Shown: one piece after another, positions 1 to 9,035 of the stretch
How the letters are laid out: every line of letters begins with the position of its first letter
Position numbering within the stretch: the stretch's first letter is position 1
Source of the DNA: Candidatus Poribacteria bacterium
GTDB taxonomy: Bacteria > Poribacteria > WGA-4E > PCPOR2b
Assembly (NCBI GenBank): GCA_965215015.1
Contig: OZ244042.1
Location: forward strand, 576,001-640,000
Length of the DNA: 64,000 nucleotides
Direction: 5' to 3'
Made by a program: the position numbers and the translations under genes
Notes under the pieces: model-generated
The model's database searches: none
What the model saw: the letters and a program-made list of their open reading frames with translations, nothing else
Told to the model about the DNA's origin: nothing

Positions 1-2
1 GC

Positions 3-449
3 GGGACAGGTGCCGAACAGGCATCAAAAGATATTGGTTGCACAGAAACACGCAGTGGCTCGTATGTCTACGAAGGTATGACACGCATTTCTGGCTCGGA
101 AGCACTCAATCCGGACCGATGCGCCTTGCGGATGCTCGTGACAGTTGTGAGCACTCCAACCGTAGATAAAATTATCATCGACGGCGGAGCCAAGACGTTC
201 ACTAGCTATCCTCCCACGCCTTATGGGCACATTATCGGACACCCTGATGTGAAGATATATGGAATGTCCGTCGAACACGGACATCTTGATGTGGGTAAAT
301 CGCAGCATAAATTCCGCGTCGGTGACCAATTAGCTGTCATTCCCCTACACCAAGGCATGACAAGCAATCTGCACGATGAGTTGGTCGCAGTGAGAAATGA
401 GCAGGTAGAGACCGTTTGGAAAATTGCCGGGCGCGGTAAGGTCAAATAG
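3..449 (+). CDS. PLP-dependent DSD1/D-threonine aldolase-like (alanine racemase fold) enzyme, C-terminal part; 5' end outside the window
   Basis: Frame open from base 3. TETRSGSYVY, CAL..LVTVVS, IIDGGAKTFT, SVEHG and IPLH motifs fit the D-TA/DSD1 family. Confidence 0.75.
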   Translation, partial: GTGAEQASKDIGCTETRSGSYVYEGMTRISGSEALNPDRCALRMLVTVVSTPTVDKIIIDGGAKTFTSYPPTPYGHIIGHPDVKIYGMSVEHGHLDVGKSQHKFRVGDQLAVIPLHQGMTSNLHDELVAVRNEQVETVWKIAGRGKVK

Positions 450-471
450 CTATAGCCAGCCAAACCGAGGT

Positions 472-1221
472 TCAGAGACCGTAAATCGCCTTCAGATTTC
501 CCCCAAGAATGCTCGCTGCTTCCCCGTCGGTAAATCCGATATTTCGGATACCGTTGACGCCATTCACGGCATCTCCACTGGGTGAGTTAGATCCGAAAAC
601 GATTCGATCCGCGCCAATCCGTCCGCCGCGTGCAATACCCTTGATAGTGATCGGCTCTGCAGCCGCAATGAGAGTTGTGCCGAGATAAATATTGGAATTT
701 TCAACCGCGGCTTGAACAGCCAGGGGCGTCCACTCACGATATCCCATGTGATCCATAATGATCGTCACATCCGGGTGACGTTCCGCAAGTGTTCCAATGA
801 ACTCCGGTGAGCATCCGCTCATCGGCGAGCCGGAGTGGATAGTGGCAGGAATGCCAAGTGCCTTCGTAAGGTCCATGACCGGATCAAGGCAGGGGGCGTC
901 AAGGCGATAGCGATGTGCCGCCGCCATTAACTTAACTGTCCGGGCACCGGCATCAACGCACCGCTTTAAGTCATCACAGGCATCGGAGCCCATTGTGGGA
1001 TTAATCAGGCACCCCGGCACGATGCGCGGTTCGCCCTTTGTCTCTTCGAGCAAATGGGCGTTGATTTCCGCTGGATCGGGTGGCAATCCACCGGGAAATA
1101 CAACACAAACGTCAATTCCCGCTTTATCGGCAACGGCTATCAGACCCGCCTTACCGTAAGGCTCGTCGTTAAATTCAGCTGGCATGTAGGCCTCAAAATC
1201 CGCAACAAATTGTATAGACAT
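472..1221 (-). CDS. Amidohydrolase_2 family protein
   Basis: TIHSG, IIMDHMG and IVFGSNSP motifs. Start set at ATG 1221 behind AAGGAG. Confidence 0.8.
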   Translation of the reverse strand: MSIQFVADFEAYMPAEFNDEPYGKAGLIAVADKAGIDVCVVFPGGLPPDPAEINAHLLEETKGEPRIVPGCLINPTMGSDACDDLKRCVDAGARTVKLMAAAHRYRLDAPCLDPVMDLTKALGIPATIHSGSPMSGCSPEFIGTLAERHPDVTIIMDHMGYREWTPLAVQAAVENSNIYLGTTLIAAAEPITIKGIARGGRIGADRIVFGSNSPSGDAVNGVNGIRNIGFTDGEAASILGGNLKAIYGL

Positions 1222-1401
1222 AAAGTTCTCCTTAACGTCTATCCGGAATCCTTCCCCAACCAACCAAGAGAGGGAGTAGGCTTCCCATTCTTCGTTCTGT
1301 TAAGGAATGGAAGGTTCGGTTTTCGGATCGATATTTAACTTGAAAAGTGAATAAAAGGAAACGATTGATAGAATAGAACGGCACTTTCTATATCCAAAGT
1401 A

Positions 1402-1824
1402 TTATCTCTGTACAAGCTCAATGAGGATGCCGTCCGGATCTCTTGCACAAACGACCCCCCCGGCATCCGGTGCTCCAATCGGATCTGACAAAAATTCCAC
1501 CCCCTTCTGCTTCAATTCTTCAACGGTCCCCCATACATCCTCGACAAAAAAGGTGAGCCAGCGCACGCCAGCCGAGAAGAAATCGTAAGAGGGGGTTGGC
1601 GGAGGCGATTCGATGTCCATCAGCTTAATGAGTGTTTGTCCAGCTTGCAGGCGAACTTGGCGAAATCCTCGCGGTGCCAATCCTGCACCTTTCGCTACGT
1701 CTTCAGGGATTTGAATGTCCAGAACAATCTCCAAGCCTAAGCATTCGTGGTAGAAGCGCAGCGACTCCTTAAAGTTACTGCACGTAATAGCGATGTCAAC
1801 AATGGGATGCGTTAATTGTAACAT
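1402..1824 (-). CDS. VOC/glyoxalase family protein
   Basis: IAITCSNFKESLRFY..LGL and RDPDGILIELVQ motifs; GAGGAG RBS. Confidence 0.85.
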   Translation of the reverse strand: MLQLTHPIVDIAITCSNFKESLRFYHECLGLEIVLDIQIPEDVAKGAGLAPRGFRQVRLQAGQTLIKLMDIESPPPTPSYDFFSAGVRWLTFFVEDVWGTVEELKQKGVEFLSDPIGAPDAGGVVCARDPDGILIELVQR

Positions 1825-2142
1825 AGTAACCAGTCTCTCCTCTCAATGTCAAACTTTACCAGAAAATAGATTTGGTAGGATTTCATAGGCACTGTGAAAC
1901 TTTCACCCTCCCTCAAAAACTTAGGAATTTCACTTTTAATAATTGTCGCTTACTAATTTTGTCGACATGTTCTTTCCCTCTGAACAGTAGGGAGATTATA
2001 TCACGGTAGATTGATATCGTCGAGAGAAACGTAAGCGATTGATGAGCACCGAAATGAAAAAGCCTCTCGCAGGAACACTTTATGTGCAGTTATCTGATAA
2101 GTTTTAGCAAGTTCGATAAACATGCTCAGTCAACATTACCGC

Positions 2143-2172
2143 TTGACGATGTTTCCCACACGGTGTTATCAT
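2143..2172 (+). promoter_or_regulatory. sigma70-like promoter for queF
   Basis: TTGACG-N18-TATCAT with a TG extended -10. Confidence 0.5.
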
Positions 2173-2226
2173 CTCCAACGCCAAATGGAAACGCCGAAAC
2201 AGAAACTCAACGGAGGCTTTTTACCT

Positions 2227-2625
2227 ATGCATCATCACTCGTATAGTAGATTACAGGACAACATTCGCCAAATGGAAACGCCGAACATTGAAACTTGGAA
2301 AAATGAGTATAGCGACAAAGATTACACCATTGAAGTCACGAATCCAGAATTTACGGCGGTTTGTCCTAAGACCGGGTTGCCAGACTTTGGAACAATTCAG
2401 ATTACCTATATTCCTGACAAACAATGTATTGAACTTAAATCGCTAAAAGAGTATTTTCTATTTTACCGGGATGTTGGAATATTTCACGAACACGTTGTCA
2501 ATAAAATTCTGACGGATTTTGTTGCGGCGTGCAATCCACGGAAGGTCGAAATTATTGGGGATTTCCACATCCGTGGAGGCATTAAAACCGTCGTCCGTGC
2601 TAATTATGAACGAGAGGAGGTATGA
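2227..2625 (+). CDS. queF: NADPH-dependent 7-cyano-7-deazaguanine reductase (preQ1 synthase, type I)
   Basis: EFTAVCPKTGLPDFG, IELKSLKEY, GIFHE and RGGI motifs. GGAGG lies before ATG 2227. Confidence 0.93.
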   Translation: MHHHSYSRLQDNIRQMETPNIETWKNEYSDKDYTIEVTNPEFTAVCPKTGLPDFGTIQITYIPDKQCIELKSLKEYFLFYRDVGIFHEHVVNKILTDFVAACNPRKVEIIGDFHIRGGIKTVVRANYEREEV

Positions 2626-2742
2626 TCAAAAAAAATCCAGTTGTAGCAGCTGTTCAACAAAGTTGTTTACCTGGACCCAACTCGCCATAACCCTACCAAC
2701 TGCTATAAAACCGCTCTTCCCTCCGTTACATCCATCGTGAAC

Positions 2743-3378
2743 CTATTTTAAAAAACTATGTAATCCGTGCCGGAAGACAACAATGTTGCCTCCATGAGCT
2801 AAGAGAAGCTTCAGATCATACTGGCTAAACCACCTGATAATCCCCGTGATAATCTCCCCGCCTCTAAGGGTTAAGCACACCGGAATTTTCTCCTTGCGAC
2901 AACGTGCAAGCACACGGTCATCAACTTGGAATCGCTCGGATTTGTGAACAATCGAGACCAAATTTTGGGCTTTCAAATCTGCATCCACCTCAATGTCTTG
3001 AACAATTTGAGACATTTCATCCTGCTTATACATATACTTGATGTTGAGTTTTTCAAGATGGTGTATCTCTCCATTGGCTAGTACGACAGCAAGGGTGTAA
3101 GTCAATCGGCGACTGATGATACCTTCAATGTGTTCCCCGTAAAGTTCAAAGACCATCGGTGTTTTCTTCCGAATCTGCTTTTGAACGTAGGAACGTCCGT
3201 AGCTTTCAGCGCGAATCTGGGTTAGCAGCTCCGGAGATAGATGATGGGTTTGCCTGCTATGATGTGAGGACTTACGACGCTTATCATGATTTTTAGACTG
3301 CCGGGATTTCTGCGAGGCATTCTTTCGTCGCGGAAAAATGAAATCACTTCGCCGAGCTGAGCTTTTTGACCGTGCCAT
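2743..3378 (-). CDS. Protein with two tandem Hfq/Sm-like domains and an Arg/Lys/Ser-rich N-terminal tail
   Basis: The C-terminal DDRVLARCRKEKIPVCLTLRGGEIITGIIRWFSQYDLKL...VVFRHGL matches the Hfq pattern by eye. The middle segment repeats the Sm1/Sm2 pattern. AAGGAG lies before ATG 3378. Confidence 0.7.
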   Translation of the reverse strand: MARSKSSARRSDFIFPRRKNASQKSRQSKNHDKRRKSSHHSRQTHHLSPELLTQIRAESYGRSYVQKQIRKKTPMVFELYGEHIEGIISRRLTYTLAVVLANGEIHHLEKLNIKYMYKQDEMSQIVQDIEVDADLKAQNLVSIVHKSERFQVDDRVLARCRKEKIPVCLTLRGGEIITGIIRWFSQYDLKLLLAHGGNIVVFRHGLHSFLK

Positions 3379-3455
3379 CAATAAATTGATTCTCCTTTTA
3401 GAACATCCCATTTTAATCCAAATTGTGACTTGCCCGATAAATGACAGCTTTAGTC

Positions 3456-3484
3456 ATTATAACACTTCCTGGAGTTCAATCCAA
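3456..3484 (-). promoter_or_regulatory. sigma70-like promoter for the Hfq-like gene
   Basis: Minus strand TTGGAT-N17-TATAAT with a TG extension. Confidence 0.55.
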
Positions 3485-3562
3485 CTTTAAAAAAAGGGAA
3501 CAATGTATTTACGGGCTTAAATCTGATTGACGGGCATCACGCTACGCGATGAGATATAGAGA

Positions 3563-3780
3563 GGGAGTCGCGGACTTTGAAGCTGAGGTCAAACTTGAGG
3601 ACGCTGCTACGGTACACCCGGGTGTGAATTACCGGGACACGATGTTTCCACTTTAACCAAGTGGCCCGACGAAGCACATTTTATTAGATGGGAAGTATCC
3701 ACGGCAAATAACGGGAATAGAATAATAGCCGAGTCCCTAGCAGCAGCTCAACGGCGATCAAAAGTTAGTGGCGGAAGCTC
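3563..3780 (+). ncRNA. Candidate rod-shaped structured RNA, 6S (SsrS)-like
   Basis: Manual pairing gives a long closing stem (3567-3615 with 3733-3772, many G-U pairs favouring the + strand), a central bubble and an apical stem (3641-3650 with 3689-3699). No credible ORF here. Confidence 0.5.
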
Positions 3781-3921
3781 ATATTGGCAGTGGAAAGCCC
3801 ACACCTACATAAATTCAAAAAAGTAGGCAATCTAGTAATGTAATTGTGCAAAGGACTGTAATTGGGAAACGAGAGAGGTTTCTTGCTCAATAGCGCATTT
3901 GTCAAGAGATGTTCAAAAAAT

Positions 3922-3958
3922 AAAAAAGGCGTCTGGGAAAAATATCCCAAACGCCTTT
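3922..3958 (-). terminator. Intrinsic terminator after the giant TPR gene (possibly bidirectional)
   Basis: AAAGGCGTCTGGGA...TCCCAAACGCCTTT hairpin with a U-tract on the minus strand. Confidence 0.8.
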
Positions 3959-3998
3959 GTTGAAATGGAGTTAATGAACCAAAAACATGTGTGGTGTA

Positions 3999-6900
3999 CT
4001 ATTCGCCACCCCCGCCGCCACTAGTGCGACGTGGAATGTTTTGTGATTTCATATACTCCGTGATTGTAGTAATTTGAGTCTGCGCGTATCTCAACGCTCT
4101 GTTAACCTGCGTGTCACTAGGCGGAACGGTCGGGTATTTCCTCCACAACGCATCAAAGAAATCAAGCGCGTCGTTATAATACTCATCATTTTGACCCGCT
4201 AGCAGCATATACGCTTCACCAATCTGCACCAAAGAAAGGTCGGCGTATTTGGTAGTCGGATATGTTTTGATGATGTCTTTGAACCCAACGATTGCCTGCT
4301 CAACGCCTTCTTTTTGTTGATCTTCAGGTGCCACTCTTGCCCGATCGAAATCGGCGGTCGCCTGAATATACACATCTGCCGAGAGGGCTCTTTTGGTATC
4401 ACGCAGGAATAGTTCGGCCTCCTCCTTCGATTTTGCATTGATACCGGGAACTGTCAACGCCTTCTCATACTGCTCAATAGCCATCGTATAGAAGCGGATA
4501 CGGTCTCCTTCTGTCACACCCGGGACCACCCCTTGGTTATAGTAGGTGTTACCGATGTTGAGAAATGCTTCTGCTGCAAATGGACTGGTTGGATAGTTCT
4601 TCGCAAGCACCTCATTTACTTCAAAGACCTTGTCCAGCCATTTTTCTTTTTCCGCTTCATCTTCGGTATTTTTCTCTAGCAACGCATAGCAAGTCGAAAT
4701 CGCAGCAAGAGATTCAGCGGCTTGTGCATGCTGTGGATTGATGCGGCGAACCTTCCTATACTCTTCAATAGCTTTCAGGTACTGTTGACCTGCATAGTAA
4801 GCCTCGCCCGCCTGATACTGCCAGAACGGTGCTTCTTTCGCGTTAGGGAATCGTCGAACGAGATCCTTGAACGCACCCGCCGACTGCTCAAAGAAGCTAA
4901 TGGTTTTTTCAGAAAACCCCTCGTCAAAACCGAGCTGCATCCGCCCCAATTCATAATAGGTGGGTGCGAGGTAGCCCAATACGGTCTGGACACTTTTCGA
5001 TATATCTACCTGTGACGAAACCGCAAAAAGCCCCTTGTCCGCGTATTCGACGAACTGCTTCAACACCGGAATCGCACTATTGAGGTCGTCAGGGAGTTTA
5101 ATCCCTGTACCGAGTGAATAGTAAATCTGCCCAGCTGAAAAGAGTGCATTCTGAACAAATGGACTTATAGTATCATTAACCTTATCGGCTGGTGCCACAT
5201 TAGCCGCTTCAATATAGGCAACTGCGGCTTGGCGACTCGCATCAATATATGGCTGTAAGTCGGTACCCGGTTTATCCGAGAAGAGCTTCCGTGCTTCGCC
5301 GAAGTACAACAGACCGAGATTATATTGTGCGGAGACTTTCTGTGGAATCGTTTGCGCTGCTTCGAGAGCGGCGATTGCTTGAGCAATAGCATCATCCACA
5401 CGCCCCAATTTTAAGTAGAGGTCAGACCGACGAATGCCACTGTCAGCCACCATGGATTGGATACTGGTGTTAGATTCAGCACCGAACTGATTAATCAAGG
5501 TTTCGTATGCTTTCAGCGCATTCTCCGGGTCGTTCAATCTTTCTTGGTAAATCAGACCCATCCGATAATACGCTTGCGCCTTGATGAGCGAATCCTTAGA
5601 AAGCTGAATCGCATTTTGATAATTGAGGAGCGAATCATCATGCTGATTGAGATGTTCGTCCTGAGCATATGCGATGGAGAAGTAGGAGCGTCCCTTCTGA
5701 TCATCATCATCCGTATGCTGAATCACATACTGATATTCTCGCACGGCCGCCGCATGGTCGCCGACAGCGGTATTCAAATCTGCGAGACGGGTATGCGCTT
5801 GACGAATTAGATCCTGTCGGGGCTCGTCCTCCGTTTGCCCCTCATACGAGGTTGTCTGACGAAACGCCGTAATCGCTCCCTTGCTATCATTCAATGCGTG
5901 CTTTGCCAGTCCTATTGTGTAATAAGCACTGATTGCCGCATCGACATCGGGATTTCTGTCGGTAACTTGTGTCGCGGTATTTACAGCATTCTGGAATGCG
6001 AGCTGTTGGGCACCTGCATCTGTGCTGTTTTGACCAATCTGATAGTAGCAAACGGATGCCTGATATAATGCATTCGTCACGAGCTCGCTATTAGAGAACA
6101 TCTGAACAAATGCTTGGTATTCAGCGAGTGCTTTTTCATGCTCACCGTCACCATAATACAGGTGCCCGATTTTCAACTGCGCTCGTGAACGAGAATCTTC
6201 TGGGGCACCAGTATTCTGGGCAATTCGCTTCAGACTTGCAATGAGCTCAGCCTTTTCTTCCTCAGATTCGAGTCCCTGTTTTTCAATGGCGGTTGCTTTG
6301 ACCAAGTCTATGTGCCCCAACGTCTTTTGGACTATGGTGTTGTCGCTACCGCCATGTTTTTCGTAAGCAGTATCGGCAACTTCTAACACCTTTGGCCACA
6401 CACTTGCATTCCCAGCCAATGCCATATCACGATAGGCGAGTGCTAAACCGTAATATGACTCAACCGCATTCGGGCTGTCCGGATAATCCCCAATTGATTT
6501 CTGGAACGCGGCAACAGATTGGTCCAAAAGGGCTGCATCATCGGAAGCCGCTTTTGCCGCTTTATAGTAACACAGTCCGACAAGATATTGTGCATCGTCG
6601 GCGTATTCGCCAGCTGGGTTGCCTGCAACAACGTTTTCATACTCAACCGCTGCTTCAGCATATCGTTCCTCAGAGCGGAGCAGGTCTGCCAGCTTGATTT
6701 CCGCGAGCGAACGATTATCCGTATCTAAAGCATCCATTATCGCCTGATAATGCGCCACGGCTTCGCTGTTCTTGCCTTCCTTGACAAGACTCTGTGCAAT
6801 TAGCAACTGTGCACGTTGATAATTCTCGCTCTCTGGAAGAATTGCTTTGTAAAGGTCGCGAGCTTTACCCCAGGCATTCAGCTTTTCGTGGGAAAGGGCT

Positions 6901-8696
6901 TGATTCATGACACAGGCTTCGACCTGCATTGGACGCTGCGGGAAATCATCATAGCGTCCTTGTTCGATACCACCGAGGAAGGTACCATCTTCTCCACCTT
7001 GAATCTCTGGCCCCTTGAACTTATCTATCGCTTGCTGATAAGCGTTTACAGCCTTCTGGAGCAGTGCTTCGTTAAAGACTGCGTCTGGATCGCCTTCACG
7101 ATAATCTGCCGGTTTGGCGGCTTCGTAGTATGACCGTGCCTCCTGAAATTTTCCAATCAATTTAATGAGATGGAATTTGGGGAAATCACGATATTCCCAA
7201 AGTTTGGAATATTCCGCAGCTGCATCTTCATACTGCTTAAAGTCGTTAAATTTCAGATCCGCAAACTTCAACTGAACTTCAGCAGCAAGAAGGTCAAGCT
7301 CATTATCCATGCGGTTTTTATCGATAAATTCCCTTGCGACGGTTTCTAGTTCATCCTTTCGACCGAGCGCGTTCAACGCCCAAATCGCGCCATAGAGTGC
7401 GTGAGACGCAACTGGGTCCGCTGGGAAGTCATCAACAGCTTTCTGATACCACATAAGTGCTTCTTCAAAGGACGCGTTTGCCGCCTCTGTTTGACCGTCG
7501 TCTTTCAAGTCAGAAGCTAACTTATAGTTTGATTCCCCCATCTGGTAGGTGAGATAAGGGATAAAATCGGTTTCATCGGGATGCTCATCCAAAACACGCT
7601 GGTACGCGACAGCGGCTTCACTCCAGACCGACGACTTGAAATAGCTATCAGCAATACCCAACTTCGCTTCACTAATAAAATCGCATTCCGGATATTCTTC
7701 AAGTAGCGTGTTGTATGATTCGATCGCGTTGGGGTAATCTTGCTGCTCGTAGTAGGTACGCCCAATGGTTACCTGAATTTCTGCTTGCAGGTCCCGATCG
7801 TCCGTATTCTGTAGAGCGAGTTCATAGTTGACTCGTGCATTGTCATAGTCTTTCTGTTTTGAGTAAATCGCACCTATGTCAAAATAGGCAGCAGTTACAT
7901 AACCACTGGTCGGGTGTTCCGTGATAAACTGGGTATATCGCCCAATCGCCTCTTCATCACGGGCGAGTTGGTTCAAACAGAAAGCGGCTTTGTACATCGC
8001 CTCCGCCTGTAGGTCTGCGAAGGTCTTAAATTCTTCGGTAGCAAGCTTATCAAATTCTGGATATGCCTGCTCGTAATTCTTTTCGTTAAGGAAGGATTGC
8101 GCAATTAAGTGTTGTGCGTCATCTTTGAACTCTGAGTTCGGAAATCCGTCTAGTACTTCTTTGTACGCCCGACGTGCTGCATCATACTTTTGCAGTTTGT
8201 AATTGAGCTGCCCAATTGCATACCAGGCGTTTTCGACGAACAGGCTATTGGGGAAGTTTTCAATCAATGTATGAAACTTCGGTTCAGCGAGTTCATATTT
8301 TTCTTGTTTGTAGAGAACGTGTCCCCATAGGTAGGTTAATCCCTCCTGATGCTTCGGCACAGTGGCATTCGGCGCAACCTTTTCAATCTGCTCGATTGCA
8401 TTATCGTAGTAGGTTATATCGCCACTCTGCTCAGCCCATTTTGAGTAGTTGACAGCGATTTTGTAATTTGCAAGTGTATAGAAGTCTTTATCAATGACCT
8501 CAGTCTTGACCCCCCATTTGACAGATTCTTCAAGGGCTAGATTGTGTTTTGCAATTGACCCTTCATAATCGTTTTGACTATAGAGTTGTTCTGCTTCGTT
8601 ATAGAGTCGTTCGACCTTTTTGGAACTGCCTGCCGGCCAAAACAGAACGACAGCTAAAGCGATTCCGGCGAGGGCACCTAAAAGTTTCGGATTCAT
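3999..8696 (-). CDS. Giant (1565 aa) membrane-anchored or exported TPR protein with BamD/CpoB-like repeats
   Basis: N-terminal hydrophobic segment, then many TPR units with ..YP.S...A.Y.IG loops. Confidence 0.88.
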   Translation of the reverse strand: MNPKLLGALAGIALAVVLFWPAGSSKKVERLYNEAEQLYSQNDYEGSIAKHNLALEESVKWGVKTEVIDKDFYTLANYKIAVNYSKWAEQSGDITYYDNAIEQIEKVAPNATVPKHQEGLTYLWGHVLYKQEKYELAEPKFHTLIENFPNSLFVENAWYAIGQLNYKLQKYDAARRAYKEVLDGFPNSEFKDDAQHLIAQSFLNEKNYEQAYPEFDKLATEEFKTFADLQAEAMYKAAFCLNQLARDEEAIGRYTQFITEHPTSGYVTAAYFDIGAIYSKQKDYDNARVNYELALQNTDDRDLQAEIQVTIGRTYYEQQDYPNAIESYNTLLEEYPECDFISEAKLGIADSYFKSSVWSEAAVAYQRVLDEHPDETDFIPYLTYQMGESNYKLASDLKDDGQTEAANASFEEALMWYQKAVDDFPADPVASHALYGAIWALNALGRKDELETVAREFIDKNRMDNELDLLAAEVQLKFADLKFNDFKQYEDAAAEYSKLWEYRDFPKFHLIKLIGKFQEARSYYEAAKPADYREGDPDAVFNEALLQKAVNAYQQAIDKFKGPEIQGGEDGTFLGGIEQGRYDDFPQRPMQVEACVMNQALSHEKLNAWGKARDLYKAILPESENYQRAQLLIAQSLVKEGKNSEAVAHYQAIMDALDTDNRSLAEIKLADLLRSEERYAEAAVEYENVVAGNPAGEYADDAQYLVGLCYYKAAKAASDDAALLDQSVAAFQKSIGDYPDSPNAVESYYGLALAYRDMALAGNASVWPKVLEVADTAYEKHGGSDNTIVQKTLGHIDLVKATAIEKQGLESEEEKAELIASLKRIAQNTGAPEDSRSRAQLKIGHLYYGDGEHEKALAEYQAFVQMFSNSELVTNALYQASVCYYQIGQNSTDAGAQQLAFQNAVNTATQVTDRNPDVDAAISAYYTIGLAKHALNDSKGAITAFRQTTSYEGQTEDEPRQDLIRQAHTRLADLNTAVGDHAAAVREYQYVIQHTDDDDQKGRSYFSIAYAQDEHLNQHDDSLLNYQNAIQLSKDSLIKAQAYYRMGLIYQERLNDPENALKAYETLINQFGAESNTSIQSMVADSGIRRSDLYLKLGRVDDAIAQAIAALEAAQTIPQKVSAQYNLGLLYFGEARKLFSDKPGTDLQPYIDASRQAAVAYIEAANVAPADKVNDTISPFVQNALFSAGQIYYSLGTGIKLPDDLNSAIPVLKQFVEYADKGLFAVSSQVDISKSVQTVLGYLAPTYYELGRMQLGFDEGFSEKTISFFEQSAGAFKDLVRRFPNAKEAPFWQYQAGEAYYAGQQYLKAIEEYRKVRRINPQHAQAAESLAAISTCYALLEKNTEDEAEKEKWLDKVFEVNEVLAKNYPTSPFAAEAFLNIGNTYYNQGVVPGVTEGDRIRFYTMAIEQYEKALTVPGINAKSKEEAELFLRDTKRALSADVYIQATADFDRARVAPEDQQKEGVEQAIVGFKDIIKTYPTTKYADLSLVQIGEAYMLLAGQNDEYYNDALDFFDALWRKYPTVPPSDTQVNRALRYAQTQITTITEYMKSQNIPRRTSGGGGGE

Positions 8697-8880
8697 TAGA
8701 TCTCCTTTCGGATGAAAGTTAAAAAGTGTTATTAAACTGACATATTCCCCTGCCTAAGTCGGAGGATTCACATCCTAACCCCCATTTTTAGTTGGCAGAT
8801 TGTGGTATCAACGATACTTGCCATCTGAAATGATGGCATTATAACTTTCTTTAATGGCCGATGTCTCGTATCAACCCAGT

Positions 8881-8920
8881 GGCGTAGCAAGTTAGGGAAC
8901 GGCGTAGCAAGTTAGGGAAC
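8881..8920. repeat. Perfect 20-bp tandem duplication
   Basis: GGCGTAGCAAGTTAGGGAAC x2. Confidence 0.95.
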
Positions 8921-8983
8921 GCAAATCTGCGTTCTGCACGAGAAATCGTAGCATATTTTCATAAGAAACACAAGTTTTTTGTT
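8901..8983 (-). promoter_or_regulatory. Duplicated promoter cassette, copy 1
   Basis: Minus strand TTGTGT-N17-TACGAT (8945-8973) followed by a REP-like palindrome; homologous to 12514-12595. Confidence 0.6.
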
Positions 8984-9035
8984 GAGATATAGATCGAGGT
9001 TGGCTTTCTATTCCGCCTCTCCTTAATTAGTCTAA

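Noticed and set aside
2122-2226. N-terminal extension of QueF in the ORF track
   Set aside because: It overlaps the predicted promoter, and a good RBS precedes ATG 2227.
3765-3950. 61-aa ORF
   Set aside because: It starts inside the terminator hairpin, has no RBS and overlaps the candidate RNA.
4199-8452. Many short ORFs within the giant TPR gene (and similar shadow ORFs across the window)
   Set aside because: Alternate-frame or antisense shadows of well-supported genes.
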